Shown here piece after piece: positions 17,627 to 27,326 of a stretch of DNA of 64,000 nucleotides. Source of the stretch: a virus (taxonomy: Duplodnaviria; Caudoviricetes). Location of the stretch: positions 18,187 to 82,186 of IMG/VR virus record IMGVR_UViG_3300035454_001303; one strand, 5' to 3'. A program made the translations under genes and the position numbers. Below the pieces are notes generated by a model, which saw only the letters and a program-made list of their open reading frames with translations, searched no databases and had not been told where the DNA came from. Each line of letters starts with the position of its first letter. The first letter of the stretch is position 1.

Positions 17627-17909
17627 CATCACAGATGACCTTCTGCGGTCGGACCTATATCGAGAGGTTCGGACCGGAAATGACAGTTGGCCGGAATACG
17701 AAATAAAGCCGGATGAGGTCTTCAGGCCCGAGCTGGTTGCCTACCGCTTCTATGGGACCGACCTTCTGAAGTGGGTTGTACTCGTTGCCGCTGGCCTGGA
17801 TGACATGAGGGAAACGCTTGAAGCAGGCGAAAAGATTAAGCTGCCCCCTACCGTTTGGATACGCGAGCGGATCAAGTATTACGCTGGCGATTATGAAAAT
17901 GAGGGCTGA
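17592..17909 (+). CDS. gp26: P1 gp26-like baseplate protein
   Basis: PDEVFRPELVAYRFYG...LKWVVLVAAGL...KIKLPP.WIRE. Confidence 0.8.
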   Translation: MATTLSRLSPYNITDDLLRSDLYREVRTGNDSWPEYEIKPDEVFRPELVAYRFYGTDLLKWVVLVAAGLDDMRETLEAGEKIKLPPTVWIRERIKYYAGDYENEG

Positions 17910-17914
17910 TTATA

Positions 17915-19102
17915 ATGGCTTTTTTCGGTCTCTTCGGTGATAAGAAAAAAGACGAGTTCAAACAGTTTGAGAAGATTTTCAAACAGGTTTGGGCGAGGAA
18001 GAGCACCCGGCGTCAATCGGATAAGAGGGACGCATTTCTTACGCCTGATGTTTTGCGCCGGCGCCGCGAGCTTACCAAGAGCGGAAAGCAAAAGCTCATC
18101 CTTGATTTCGGGACCAAGGGCGCGAAGGTATCCTATACCCTGTCCGATCTTAACCGCATGGCCATGGCTATGGATAAGGCCGAAGGGAAGTTCGGCGAGG
18201 CGACGAGGGGTGTCACGGTTGCTGAGCTGTTGCGGTCTTCCAGGAAGGTGGATATTGAGAGGGCAAAGCAGATTACGAACTCGACCCTCTATAAATTCGA
18301 TGGGTCAATATTGCTCTTCCGGGTACGCGCGGGAGATGACAGCGAGTACGCTTACCACCAGGTGAAGGTTCGCCTTGAGGACTGGGAGCATGAAGTCAGA
18401 GCCGGACAAGGCAACGCATACTTGCCGGCAGCCACGAATGCAGCTCGTGGAAGAATATCATTCGACTGTGATTGTGGCCGACATCAATATTGGTATCGGT
18501 ATCTTGCGACTATCGGCGGGTTTGCTTTGGACCCCAAAGAATTCGCTTTCCCGAAGATCCGAAACCCGAAGTTGCAGGGATGTTGCTGCAAACACGTGAT
18601 CAAGACCTTGGCCGTTCTTCAGACGCCGTTTGTGCAAAGCCGAATCGCCCTGGAGATGAAAGATCAGGCTCAGAAGAAAGGGTGGTTCAGCCGTCTTTTG
18701 AACGGAGATCGCCCGACCGAAACCTTTATGCAGGGGGAGGATCTTCAGGCTTCGGAAGCCAGTGGGAATGTCGATATCCAAAAGGCATTCACCGACATGA
18801 AAAAGGCCCGCAGGAGCTTCGGGCAAAAGATGAAGGACCTCTTGAGAGGGAGGCCAAGAAAGGCGGAAAAGAAAGTGGACATCACCGGAAAGGGGACTGT
18901 GGCCGAGACCGTGGCAAAGAAGGAGATCGGCAAGAGGCGAGAACTCGAACGGGACATGGCTATTCAGAAAATGGCGACGGGCCTTGCGGTTAAAATCTAC
19001 CGAGATGGAATGAAACGAGCCGAAGCCATAAAATCATATGCCAAAGAAAACAAGCTTGATCTCAGTGAGGCCAATGAGATGGCCAAGCAAGTCAATATAT
19101 AG
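17915..19102 (+). CDS. gp25: P1 gp25-like tail protein
   Basis: RISFDCDCGRHQYWYRYLATIG...KEFAFPKIRNPKL.G.CCKHV. Confidence 0.85.
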   Translation: MAFFGLFGDKKKDEFKQFEKIFKQVWARKSTRRQSDKRDAFLTPDVLRRRRELTKSGKQKLILDFGTKGAKVSYTLSDLNRMAMAMDKAEGKFGEATRGVTVAELLRSSRKVDIERAKQITNSTLYKFDGSILLFRVRAGDDSEYAYHQVKVRLEDWEHEVRAGQGNAYLPAATNAARGRISFDCDCGRHQYWYRYLATIGGFALDPKEFAFPKIRNPKLQGCCCKHVIKTLAVLQTPFVQSRIALEMKDQAQKKGWFSRLLNGDRPTETFMQGEDLQASEASGNVDIQKAFTDMKKARRSFGQKMKDLLRGRPRKAEKKVDITGKGTVAETVAKKEIGKRRELERDMAIQKMATGLAVKIYRDGMKRAEAIKSYAKENKLDLSEANEMAKQVNI

Positions 19103-19113
19103 GAGGGGGCGAT

Positions 19114-19932
19114 ATGAAGGCACGTGATTACAGAGACTTCAACAAGGCAATGTCGGAAGATTTCATGGTATTTGTCCGGTCTCATCCCGACGCCTTCGAT
19201 ATTCTTCTTTTCAAGCCAGATCCGGAGTCCCTTGAAAAAGTGGCAGTCGATCAGGATGTGGTCGGCGCCCTGGAATCAGAGGAAAGGTCCCTCGAATATC
19301 TTGACCCCATTATGACCAAGGCCGTCTTAATTCCGGATGAATTCCCCTTCGGAGCTGTGGACGCGGGCGGGGAGCCGGATGGAAATATGGAACAGCCGGT
19401 AGCTCTCTTGATAGCTGACCCCGAGGTTCCGAAGCAATGTGTAGTTCAATACCGCGAGTATATCAACGACACGGATGTCAGGGTTGTCTCTCTCTATGTG
19501 CTGAGAAGCGAAATCATAGGCGAGGCCCCCGGTGTCTGCGAAAAGCATTACTGTGTTCCTTTCCAGGTCTTTGATTACGAGTTCATCGAGCCTCCCCTGA
19601 ACGAACAGCCGGAAGACGAGTGCGATGGAATCGGAGAGACGCCAGCGCTACAGGCAAGCGAATTCGTTGTACATGGAGCGAACGATACGCACGGAAAGAG
19701 TCAATGGCAGATCCGGTCCGATGGCGGGACCTATGACGATCCGGTTTACGATAGCCAGGCAAGTGCGGATTTGAGAAGCCATACCATACCGGCAGGAAAC
19801 CTTGAGGCCGATCATGCCTATTTCTGGCGTGTCAGGTATCGGGGTGCTGCGGGTGATGAGGAAGGTGAAGAGGCAGCATGGTCTGATTGGTCCGAAGAGA
19901 CAATCTTTTCCACGATGGAGGCATTTGAATGA
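19114..19932 (+). CDS. gp7: P1 gp7-like neck/tail protein with C-terminal FN3/Ig-like domain
   Basis: N-terminal HPDAFDILLFKP and gene order 26-25-7-24-6-5; C-terminal YFWRVRYRG...WSDWS. Confidence 0.65.
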   Translation: MKARDYRDFNKAMSEDFMVFVRSHPDAFDILLFKPDPESLEKVAVDQDVVGALESEERSLEYLDPIMTKAVLIPDEFPFGAVDAGGEPDGNMEQPVALLIADPEVPKQCVVQYREYINDTDVRVVSLYVLRSEIIGEAPGVCEKHYCVPFQVFDYEFIEPPLNEQPEDECDGIGETPALQASEFVVHGANDTHGKSQWQIRSDGGTYDDPVYDSQASADLRSHTIPAGNLEADHAYFWRVRYRGAAGDEEGEEAAWSDWSEETIFSTMEAFE

Positions 19933-20657
19933 GCAACGAATTTTCCGAGCTGCAGGCCGTTGATTTCGGTCTCGGGGCCTTTATAGCGGCGGCCTTTTCC
20001 GGGTTGAATGCACAAGCGGGGCCGAAAGAATTCCGGGAATTCCTGGGCAGACCGACAAACAGGAAAATCTACCGGCACGACGCGAACACCCCGGAAGAAT
20101 TTCTGAAGGCATACCGTAGCGCGAAGGCAGCCGAAAAGACGGTAGGGGGCGCAAAAGCGAATCTGATTGAATTGCCCCTCATCTACTACTTCCGGAAGCC
20201 GGGCCTGACCAATGGGACAGATAAGGAGGTAACGAGGCGCGGGCGCTTCATGTTCTCTGAAGGGGATGAGCCGAATGCCTATAAATTCACAGTCATTCCT
20301 TTGGTTCTTGATTACAGGCTGTTCTTTCTCGCCTGGGATAAGCCAAGCCTCGATAAACTACAGCTTGCCTGGTATGCCTATGCCGTGAGGAATGACAAAT
20401 TCACGTGCAGGTATCAGATCGGCAGCAATGCGGATGTGTTTGAGGTTCCCGCGTATCTACTGGACCACAAGTCCCTTCTGTGTGCCGATGAAAGCGTGGC
20501 GCCCGGGCAGGATATGAGCCGGGTCTATGCCGTGTCGACCGGGATGCAGATCGCCACGGATGTCATCTTTGGCGCTGGTGTGGATGTCCCTGAAGAGTTT
20601 GCAATCCAAGGGGCGCTCTCCAGCCTGACCAACTATGGAGACCCATCAAATGGCTGA
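19929..20657 (+). CDS. gp24: P1 gp24-like tail completion protein
   Basis: FREFLGRP...LPLIYYFRKP and synteny. Confidence 0.65.
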   Translation: MSNEFSELQAVDFGLGAFIAAAFSGLNAQAGPKEFREFLGRPTNRKIYRHDANTPEEFLKAYRSAKAAEKTVGGAKANLIELPLIYYFRKPGLTNGTDKEVTRRGRFMFSEGDEPNAYKFTVIPLVLDYRLFFLAWDKPSLDKLQLAWYAYAVRNDKFTCRYQIGSNADVFEVPAYLLDHKSLLCADESVAPGQDMSRVYAVSTGMQIATDVIFGAGVDVPEEFAIQGALSSLTNYGDPSNG

Positions 20658-21654
20658 GCTTGTGAATCAGGAAGACTTCCTTCTGCAGAAGGTGAAGTTG
20701 ATCAGAAACGGCACCGAAGCCGGGGTATTTGACTTGTCCTTCCTGAAGGAAGTGACCTTCGTGGAGACAGTTGACCTATCAGGTCCCCGCCTCATAATGA
20801 CCTTTGACGACACGCATTCCATTATCCGGGACAGCATGAAGGTTAAGGAAAAGGATGTCCTTGAGATCAGGATTGCCGACGTGTGGGAACGCGACGGAAT
20901 TGATCAGACAATTCAGTTCGTAGTATGGACGATGCCGAATGCGGGAAGCTCGATAACGCTGAACTGTATGCAGCGAAACGTTGACCTTCTGAAGACGCCT
21001 GCGAAAGAGACTATCCTTTTCCCGAAGAAACCTGTCGAGACCATCCTGAAACGCCTTGCGCCAGGTCTCAAGTATGACGTTGGGAACTTTCCGGCCCTTG
21101 AAGACTACCACCTCTTGCCGGGTGAGCGCCCGACAAGACTCTTGCGACAAATGGCAAAAGAGAAGGCAGGATTATGCTTCTATCGGCGGGGTTCAATCGT
21201 TTTCCGAAAGCTCTCAGAGTTGGCAAAGAAGGAAGCGAAGCACACCTTTGAGTATGACAACCCCACGGCAAAGAACCAGATCATTTATTTCACGCGGGAA
21301 AACTCCAAGGCGGTTATCAAGGATAGAGTCGAGCGCAATATCATCGGCTGGGACATGGTGAAGGGCCTTGTGAAGTCGGGAAAGAAGACGACGAAACCGC
21401 CTGAATTTGTCTCCGTCTTCAATCAGCCGACCATGAGCGGGCTGTTGGAGATCCCTTTCCCGTCCATTGATTTCATCACTTTGGGGAACGGGGCGCTTGT
21501 CCCGGGCCTCCCTCTTTCCATAAAGTGGAACATCAACAAGATCGACGCGCCAATTGACGAGAGCTTGCCGGCGAAGGTCGTCATAGGCACGGTATCCCAC
21601 TATTACTCGGCGCAAAAATACTTTTGCAGAATCAAGGGGGTGCTTCCCGCATGA
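20650..21654 (+). CDS. gp6: P1 gp6-like tail/baseplate hub protein
   Basis: ETVDLSGPRL, YHLLPGERPTRLL, WDMVKGLV. Confidence 0.75.
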   Translation: MAELVNQEDFLLQKVKLIRNGTEAGVFDLSFLKEVTFVETVDLSGPRLIMTFDDTHSIIRDSMKVKEKDVLEIRIADVWERDGIDQTIQFVVWTMPNAGSSITLNCMQRNVDLLKTPAKETILFPKKPVETILKRLAPGLKYDVGNFPALEDYHLLPGERPTRLLRQMAKEKAGLCFYRRGSIVFRKLSELAKKEAKHTFEYDNPTAKNQIIYFTRENSKAVIKDRVERNIIGWDMVKGLVKSGKKTTKPPEFVSVFNQPTMSGLLEIPFPSIDFITLGNGALVPGLPLSIKWNINKIDAPIDESLPAKVVIGTVSHYYSAQKYFCRIKGVLPA

Positions 21655-22481
21655 CCGACGAACGACCGAAAGGGCAGCAGCAGAACCGGTTTTATGGTGA
21701 CTACATTGCCGTAGTCGAGAGCGTGAGCGATCCGGAGAACCTTATGCGGGTTCAGGTGCGCGTCTATGGCGTCTTCACGGACAAGGTTCCCAAGGCAGAT
21801 TTGCCATGGGCGGAGTATCTTTTACCCATCGGAGCAAGGACCAATGACGGGTATTTTACTCCTGTCGATGTAGGCGACTATGTGTGGGTGCGCTTTCCTT
21901 ATGACGGCGACACCAGGCGGCCCATGATCGTCGGTTCGGTCCATCATGCGCCAAGCAAGATCCCAAGTTTCCCCCATGAGTCGTTTGCGGGATCCGAAAA
22001 GCTGACCCATAAGACGACCGGCGAAGAGCCGGCGCCCGCAGCGGCGGAATATCACAAAAACTGTGTCTATACTCAGCACGGCATAACCATAGAGGTCAAT
22101 GCAGACAAGTCCGTCTCCATCACCCAGCGGGCAACCGGAACGGCGATCCGCGTATCTCCCCAAGGGGACATCACGCTACACGGCGAAAAGAACATCTTCA
22201 TGTCGGCTATTGAAAACCTGAAAGTGATCGTGGAAGGAAACGCACAATTTGACGTGTCCGGGAAAGCCGATGTCACAGTACGGGAGACGTGCAACCTGAA
22301 GGCCATGGATGCCGTCACGGTAAATTCAGATGCCTCCGTGTCCATCGTGGGGGCCGAATCGGTGTCAATCGACGGTGGCACCGGGGACCTTGAAGGAGTC
22401 ATCACAGGAAAGAGCGTTTGCCCTCTGACCGGCAAGCCCCACAGTGATCCCAGCACGAACGTCAAGGCGTCTCACGGATAA
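21651..22481 (+). CDS. gp5: Baseplate spike (gp5/VgrG OB-fold plus beta-helix)
   Basis: AVVESVSDPENLMRVQVRV...LPWA...P.DVGDYVWVRF..GD..RP, beta-helical repeats, C-terminal CPLTGKPH. Confidence 0.85.
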   Translation: MTDERPKGQQQNRFYGDYIAVVESVSDPENLMRVQVRVYGVFTDKVPKADLPWAEYLLPIGARTNDGYFTPVDVGDYVWVRFPYDGDTRRPMIVGSVHHAPSKIPSFPHESFAGSEKLTHKTTGEEPAPAAAEYHKNCVYTQHGITIEVNADKSVSITQRATGTAIRVSPQGDITLHGEKNIFMSAIENLKVIVEGNAQFDVSGKADVTVRETCNLKAMDAVTVNSDASVSIVGAESVSIDGGTGDLEGVITGKSVCPLTGKPHSDPSTNVKASHG

Positions 22482-22496
22482 CTATCCCCGCAATTC

Positions 22497-22536
22497 TCAG
22501 AAACCTGCGTTTTTCTGCCATAATCCTGCGTTTTTC
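22497..22536 (+). repeat. 40-bp late regulatory element, copy 1 (upstream of the capsid gene)
   Basis: TCAGAAACCTGCGTTTTTCTGCCATAATCCTGCGTTTTTC, identical to 58178-58217. Confidence 0.85.
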
Positions 22537-22652
22537 CCATATTTCAATTAATCTCGCTTCACCTTAACCTTCCTTCAAAGGCCCATTTTCTATGCGGCAA
22601 CCCCCGCGCCGCGATTGGAGGAACGAGCAAACGATCAAAACAGTCATGAGAA

Positions 22653-24278
22653 ATGGAGGTTAAGGGTGAAATGAAAGAATATCATGAGCGAGTAAAGGCG
22701 GTCACGGAAAAGGCGAACCATCTCAGAGATGTGCTGTTGGTTCCGGTCTTCGACACGGCGACCGGCAAATTCATCAACGATCATCGGGCAAGGGCAGAAC
22801 GCTTGGAGTCCGTGACGAAATCGAGCATCTTTGAAGGACTCGGAAAGGGCGCGGCCACGATTCAGGCGACCTGGTCAAACGCGCTTCGTCAGTATTGCAA
22901 CCAGCGCGGCCAAATGCCGTCCGACGAGCTGCTTGCCAGCGCTCATCAGGCAATTGAGAATGCCATCTTCGCGACGGCGGGCAAGGGAAGGCAGGATATC
23001 GGCGGCCTGATCCTTGAGGCGGCGAACATCTCTACAACGGAAGGCATCCTCATGCGGGATCGCATGGTGGCACTCATCCTGCCCGTTATGCTCCTTTCCG
23101 TTACCGGGAACATCGTTTCGTACATCCCCGGGACCTTCAACCAGAGCGAAATCTTCAAGATCTGGAGGGTGGCAGCCAGCACGTTCGGAGACCTGTCGTC
23201 CGGCGACAAGATTACCCATAGCTTTGCCGGCCAGTATTCCAGCATGGACCAGCGGTTCCTTACCGGAACTGGCAATGGGACGAAAACCGGGTCCTCGAAC
23301 GAGTTCGATCTGAATTCCAACTCCAAGTGGGGCGGAATCAGGCCGTTCAAGAAAAAATCCATCAAGATTCTTCACGACAGAAATATCGTGGCAAAGGATG
23401 ATGGTGCGAACGCCCTGCACGGAAGCTTTGTTGTTGGCGGCTCCACCATAACCGTTACCGGTACGGTCAATTACGCTTCTGGTATCGTTCACCCCGTCTT
23501 CTCCACGGCGCCGGCGAATGGCATCGAAGTGCATGTCTGCATTGACATCGACATCGAAAAAGACCCGACCCTTATCCCTGCGGTAAACCACGAGATGGAT
23601 TCTCGCACAGTCTATCCGCACGAATCGGCCATTGAAGCGAGCACTACGCTCCAGTCCCTGTGGGCTCTGCGACGCGAGCTTAACCTTAATGCCGACAGTA
23701 TGGCCATGCTCGCCATGAGAAACCTTCTGAGCGCGGACAAGGACCGCAAGCACCTTGCCGACATGTACTTCTACATGAAGGGTCAGAAATCCTGGAACAT
23801 GCACGTGCCCGACAGTACCTATTTCCAGGAACATTACGAGACGGTCAAACAGACCTTGCTCGAAATCGATGCGGTGCTCATGGCGCAAACCGGTACGTCC
23901 GGCCTTGTCGGGATCGTCGCGGACTCCAAGTCCGCCGTCCTGTTCAAGAGCATGAAGGAGCCGAACTTTGTTCCCGCTCCCGGATATGCCCGGATTCCCC
24001 AGCCTCACTATGTCGGGAAGCTCTTCGGCATGTGGGATCTGTATGAGGATCCGCAACGGTCCACAGACTACAGCAGCCTTTGCTACGCGAAGGGCAAGAG
24101 CATCGGCGAAGCGGGCTATATTGCTGGGGATGCCATTCCCGCAATGGCTTTCAAGCACGCCATGCAGAGCGATCTGAAGTACGAAAACACGCTGTGGGAG
24201 CTGGCCTATCGCGATCTGAACCCGTTTGACGGTCGCGAATATTTCATGGAGTTGGCCATCACCGATACGGCGGTATAA
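22653..24278 (+). CDS. gp23: Major capsid protein precursor, P1 gp23-like
   Basis: WSNAL..Y....G.MPSDELLASAHQAIEN, ALILPV, YVGKL, DAIPA motifs; followed by a terminator. Confidence 0.85.
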   Translation: MEVKGEMKEYHERVKAVTEKANHLRDVLLVPVFDTATGKFINDHRARAERLESVTKSSIFEGLGKGAATIQATWSNALRQYCNQRGQMPSDELLASAHQAIENAIFATAGKGRQDIGGLILEAANISTTEGILMRDRMVALILPVMLLSVTGNIVSYIPGTFNQSEIFKIWRVAASTFGDLSSGDKITHSFAGQYSSMDQRFLTGTGNGTKTGSSNEFDLNSNSKWGGIRPFKKKSIKILHDRNIVAKDDGANALHGSFVVGGSTITVTGTVNYASGIVHPVFSTAPANGIEVHVCIDIDIEKDPTLIPAVNHEMDSRTVYPHESAIEASTTLQSLWALRRELNLNADSMAMLAMRNLLSADKDRKHLADMYFYMKGQKSWNMHVPDSTYFQEHYETVKQTLLEIDAVLMAQTGTSGLVGIVADSKSAVLFKSMKEPNFVPAPGYARIPQPHYVGKLFGMWDLYEDPQRSTDYSSLCYAKGKSIGEAGYIAGDAIPAMAFKHAMQSDLKYENTLWELAYRDLNPFDGREYFMELAITDTAV

Positions 24279-24285
24279 ATCTGCC

Positions 24286-24326
24286 GGGATAGCCCGCCCG
24301 TGATCTTGCGGGCGGGTTTATCCCTT
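24286..24326 (+). terminator. Hairpin after the capsid gene
   Basis: GGGATAGCCCGCCCG / CGGGCGGGTTATCCC, 15-bp stem with one G-T pair, then TTT. Confidence 0.65.
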
Positions 24327-24345
24327 TCGGCAGAAGGAGGCCAAC

Positions 24346-24798
24346 ATGAAAATTAAGTTCGATAATAACAGCGTGTCGGGCGTCAACCGGAAATACCGGG
24401 GGTTCGTTCTCGACATACCCGGTCATTCATCGCAAGAAATTGATGTTCCTCCGCAATACGTCAAAGATGTCCTCTCCTATCTGAGCTACAGGCACCCTGC
24501 AGTTATCTGCACCTCCGTTGTCGAAGAGAAAGACGAAGCACCCCAGTCAACGGAAATGGATTCCGTTGCGAGTCAAGCAGAGGAACCGACGACGGGTGAA
24601 TCGGAGCCCGATGCGGAAACCGGCGAGGAAACGGCGGGATCGGGCAATACCGAAGAAGGGGCCGTAACAGACAGCCAGGACGTACAGGGCGAGGCAGAGG
24701 CGAAAGACGTTGCTCCCAAGGTGAAACCGGGATCGGCGACGAAGGAGGCCGGGAAAGGCGATAAGAAGAAAAACAAAAAGAGTGGAGGTAAGAAATGA
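24346..24798 (+). CDS. Small virion protein with acidic low-complexity tail (possibly P1 UpfB-like)
   Basis: AAGGAGG SD; short folded N-domain followed by an acidic then Lys-rich tail. Confidence 0.45.
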   Translation: MKIKFDNNSVSGVNRKYRGFVLDIPGHSSQEIDVPPQYVKDVLSYLSYRHPAVICTSVVEEKDEAPQSTEMDSVASQAEEPTTGESEPDAETGEETAGSGNTEEGAVTDSQDVQGEAEAKDVAPKVKPGSATKEAGKGDKKKNKKSGGKK

Positions 24799-26666
24799 AA
24801 TCAATCATCACGAATGCCGCCGAAATCACCGTCCTGCGGCTGATTGACAATACATATAAGACGGGCGGCGGCCCCGTGTCCGTTGGTGCTACGGTGGTAG
24901 TTGCCAGCAAGGGGCCTGTCGGAAAAGTGACCCAAGTGCGTGACGACAACTGGCAGGATTTGTTCGGCAAGCCGCTCCCCAAGCGATCAAGCTTTATGGA
25001 AGGGCTCCGCCATTTGTCGGATGCCGTCCAGAATTGCAATTATGTCAACGTCGTGCGCGTAGTCCACGACGATGCGAAATTCCCGTCCCTGTTGGTCAAG
25101 CTGATCAGCTACCACGGCGAATGGACCTCCGGGCACGCCTATGTTGCTGGCGATGTCGTCACGAAAAGCAACGTCAAGTATATCTGCGTTCTTGCTCATA
25201 CCGCATCCGAGGAAAACGACCCCCCCAATGTGACGAACTGGGCAGTTTTTACAAGCTCCCTCGAAGTTGGGCAGACCTCCGGTTCCAATGGTCATCCCTA
25301 CGGGACGACTCTTTCCTTGGGGAACGGCTACGTCCTGGAGATCTGGCCCATTGACGGAGATCCGAGCACGAACAGGTCGTTCGAGATCGCGAACGTCATT
25401 ACCGAAAAGGGCGCCTGGGTCACCGCAACAGCCTATGAAGTCAATGATGTGATCACCGTGACGGGCGGGAAGCTCATCTGCACAACCGCGCACACCTCTT
25501 CAGGAGATGCCCCGACCTTGGCCGTTCCTACCACGAGTTGGAAGGCGTACAAGGGCGAGTATGATCAGCGCTTCACCTTGAACATCTACGACAAGGATGA
25601 CAATGGCGACGAGTACCTTCTCGAAACTTACTTGGCCGGCATTGCCCCCACGGACAAAGACGACATGGGGCGTCCCGCGTTCATCGAAACCGTCCTGGAA
25701 CAGAACAGCGACCGGTTCCGGTGCAACATTGATGAGACGCTTACATGGAGTGCGATCAAAGACAGTCTGAAGTATGCCGGAAAGACCGCATTTGTGGGCG
25801 GGACGAACGGAAGCGACCCGGAAACCGAAGACTGGATTGCCGCGTGGGATCTGTTCAGAAATGAAACCTTCCTTTGCAACCTCATGTTTGCAGCCGGCGT
25901 CTACGACGAAGACGTGCTCGCAAACTGCATTGATATCGCGGGTGAGCGGCATTGCTCGTTCTTCTTCGATGTCAACCCGAACCTTCAGTCCGATCAGGCC
26001 ATTGCATGGATCAAGGGAACGGGCCTCGAAAACCGGCAGGCAGCCGTTTATTACTGCCCCTTTTCCGCCAATGATCGTTGGTATGGCGGAAAGACGGTTT
26101 GGGGAGCCTCTGGTGCCGCCGCAAACGCTTGCGCGAAGGGCGACGCGAACATGACCGGAGCCATTCCCGGTATCCATTACGCGCCTGCGGGAATCAACAG
26201 GGGTATGCTTGAGCGCACGGGCGTAAAAGCCCTCTACCCCGAGGATGTCATTAACCGCGATGATTTCTACGATGCGCGGATCAACCCCATCGTGGCCAGC
26301 GAGTCGAGTGGCGGGGCCATGATTGATGACTGTCTGACGATCCATTACAAACAGAATTACAGCCGGTTCATTTGGGTCAACCGAATCGCGAACTACATCG
26401 ATCACCGCTTCGTAGAAGGGGCGGCCTACATGAAGTTCGAGCCGGATGGATTGACCAGGCAGGGCCTCACCAGACTGACGAAGGAGATCCTTGATCAGCT
26501 CGTTACGTCCGGTGCGTTGGTTACCCCCCGCGATTCGGCTGACGGCAACCAGCCTTACAAGCTGGTCGTCAAACAGGAAGAGATCGACCTGTGGCTCGTG
26601 ACTTGGGATTTCTGTCCGACCGGCGCGGCTCGCCGTATCGCCGGACAGCCGAGACTCATTAAATAA
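24795..26666 (+). CDS. gp22: Tail sheath protein (P1 gp22-like) with two CBM5/12-like inserts
   Basis: Sheath C-terminus NPIV...IDDCLT...FIWVNRIANYI...LVTP...WDFCPTGAARRIAGQPRLIK. Confidence 0.88.
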   Translation: MKSIITNAAEITVLRLIDNTYKTGGGPVSVGATVVVASKGPVGKVTQVRDDNWQDLFGKPLPKRSSFMEGLRHLSDAVQNCNYVNVVRVVHDDAKFPSLLVKLISYHGEWTSGHAYVAGDVVTKSNVKYICVLAHTASEENDPPNVTNWAVFTSSLEVGQTSGSNGHPYGTTLSLGNGYVLEIWPIDGDPSTNRSFEIANVITEKGAWVTATAYEVNDVITVTGGKLICTTAHTSSGDAPTLAVPTTSWKAYKGEYDQRFTLNIYDKDDNGDEYLLETYLAGIAPTDKDDMGRPAFIETVLEQNSDRFRCNIDETLTWSAIKDSLKYAGKTAFVGGTNGSDPETEDWIAAWDLFRNETFLCNLMFAAGVYDEDVLANCIDIAGERHCSFFFDVNPNLQSDQAIAWIKGTGLENRQAAVYYCPFSANDRWYGGKTVWGASGAAANACAKGDANMTGAIPGIHYAPAGINRGMLERTGVKALYPEDVINRDDFYDARINPIVASESSGGAMIDDCLTIHYKQNYSRFIWVNRIANYIDHRFVEGAAYMKFEPDGLTRQGLTRLTKEILDQLVTSGALVTPRDSADGNQPYKLVVKQEEIDLWLVTWDFCPTGAARRIAGQPRLIK

Positions 26667-26678
26667 GGAGGATAGGAT

Positions 26679-27326
26679 ATGTTTGGAATGAACGAAGCGA
26701 ATGAAATCTTTGGCGATCTCATTCTTGAGAGGGCCTCTGAAGACCGCAAGATCTTCGAGGAAGCCGCCGATGCCGGATCAATCGAAGATTTCGCAAAGAA
26801 GCAGTTGCGCTCCCAAGCAATGGCGTGCTGCCTCGGATGGATTGATGCGGGTGACTATTCTTTCGGGGCTCTTGCCGATTCCGTGGCAACGATTGCCGAT
26901 CTGGATGGGGATGAAGAATATACCCCCGATGAGGAAGCCTACTACAATGAACTTCTGACCGAAGTCGGTTATGCACTGACCGCGTTGGGTGCCGATGCCG
27001 GCAACGTTCAATCTTTCATCGAGAATGAAGACGACGAAGAGGGCGCGAAGCTGGGAGCCTTTTTGTCTGAGAAGATGCAGAGTGTCGAAGATGACGACGA
27101 GACCCTCATCGGAAATTATGCCGTCAGCGATCAACCGATCATGGAATCCATGATCAAGGTTGTGCGAGGCGGCAAGATTGTCCTGAAAAAGAAGCGGCTT
27201 CGCAGGGTCAAACTGTCGGCGGCACAGCGGGCGGGCCTCAAAGCTGCCCGTCGCAAGGCGTTTACCGGGGCCGCGAAACTGCACCGGGCGAAATCAATGA
27301 GACTGCGGCGTAAAAGAGGGATCTAA
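26679..27326 (+). CDS. gp21: P1 gp21-like virion protein (acidic N-part, basic C-tail)
   Basis: KVVRGGKIVLKKKRLRRVKLSAAQRAGLKAARRKAFTGAAKLHRAKSMRLRRKRG. Confidence 0.8.
   Translation: MFGMNEANEIFGDLILERASEDRKIFEEAADAGSIEDFAKKQLRSQAMACCLGWIDAGDYSFGALADSVATIADLDGDEEYTPDEEAYYNELLTEVGYALTALGADAGNVQSFIENEDDEEGAKLGAFLSEKMQSVEDDDETLIGNYAVSDQPIMESMIKVVRGGKIVLKKKRLRRVKLSAAQRAGLKAARRKAFTGAAKLHRAKSMRLRRKRGI

Noticed and set aside
22875-24158. 427-aa minus-strand ORF
   Set aside because: Antisense shadow of the major capsid gene.
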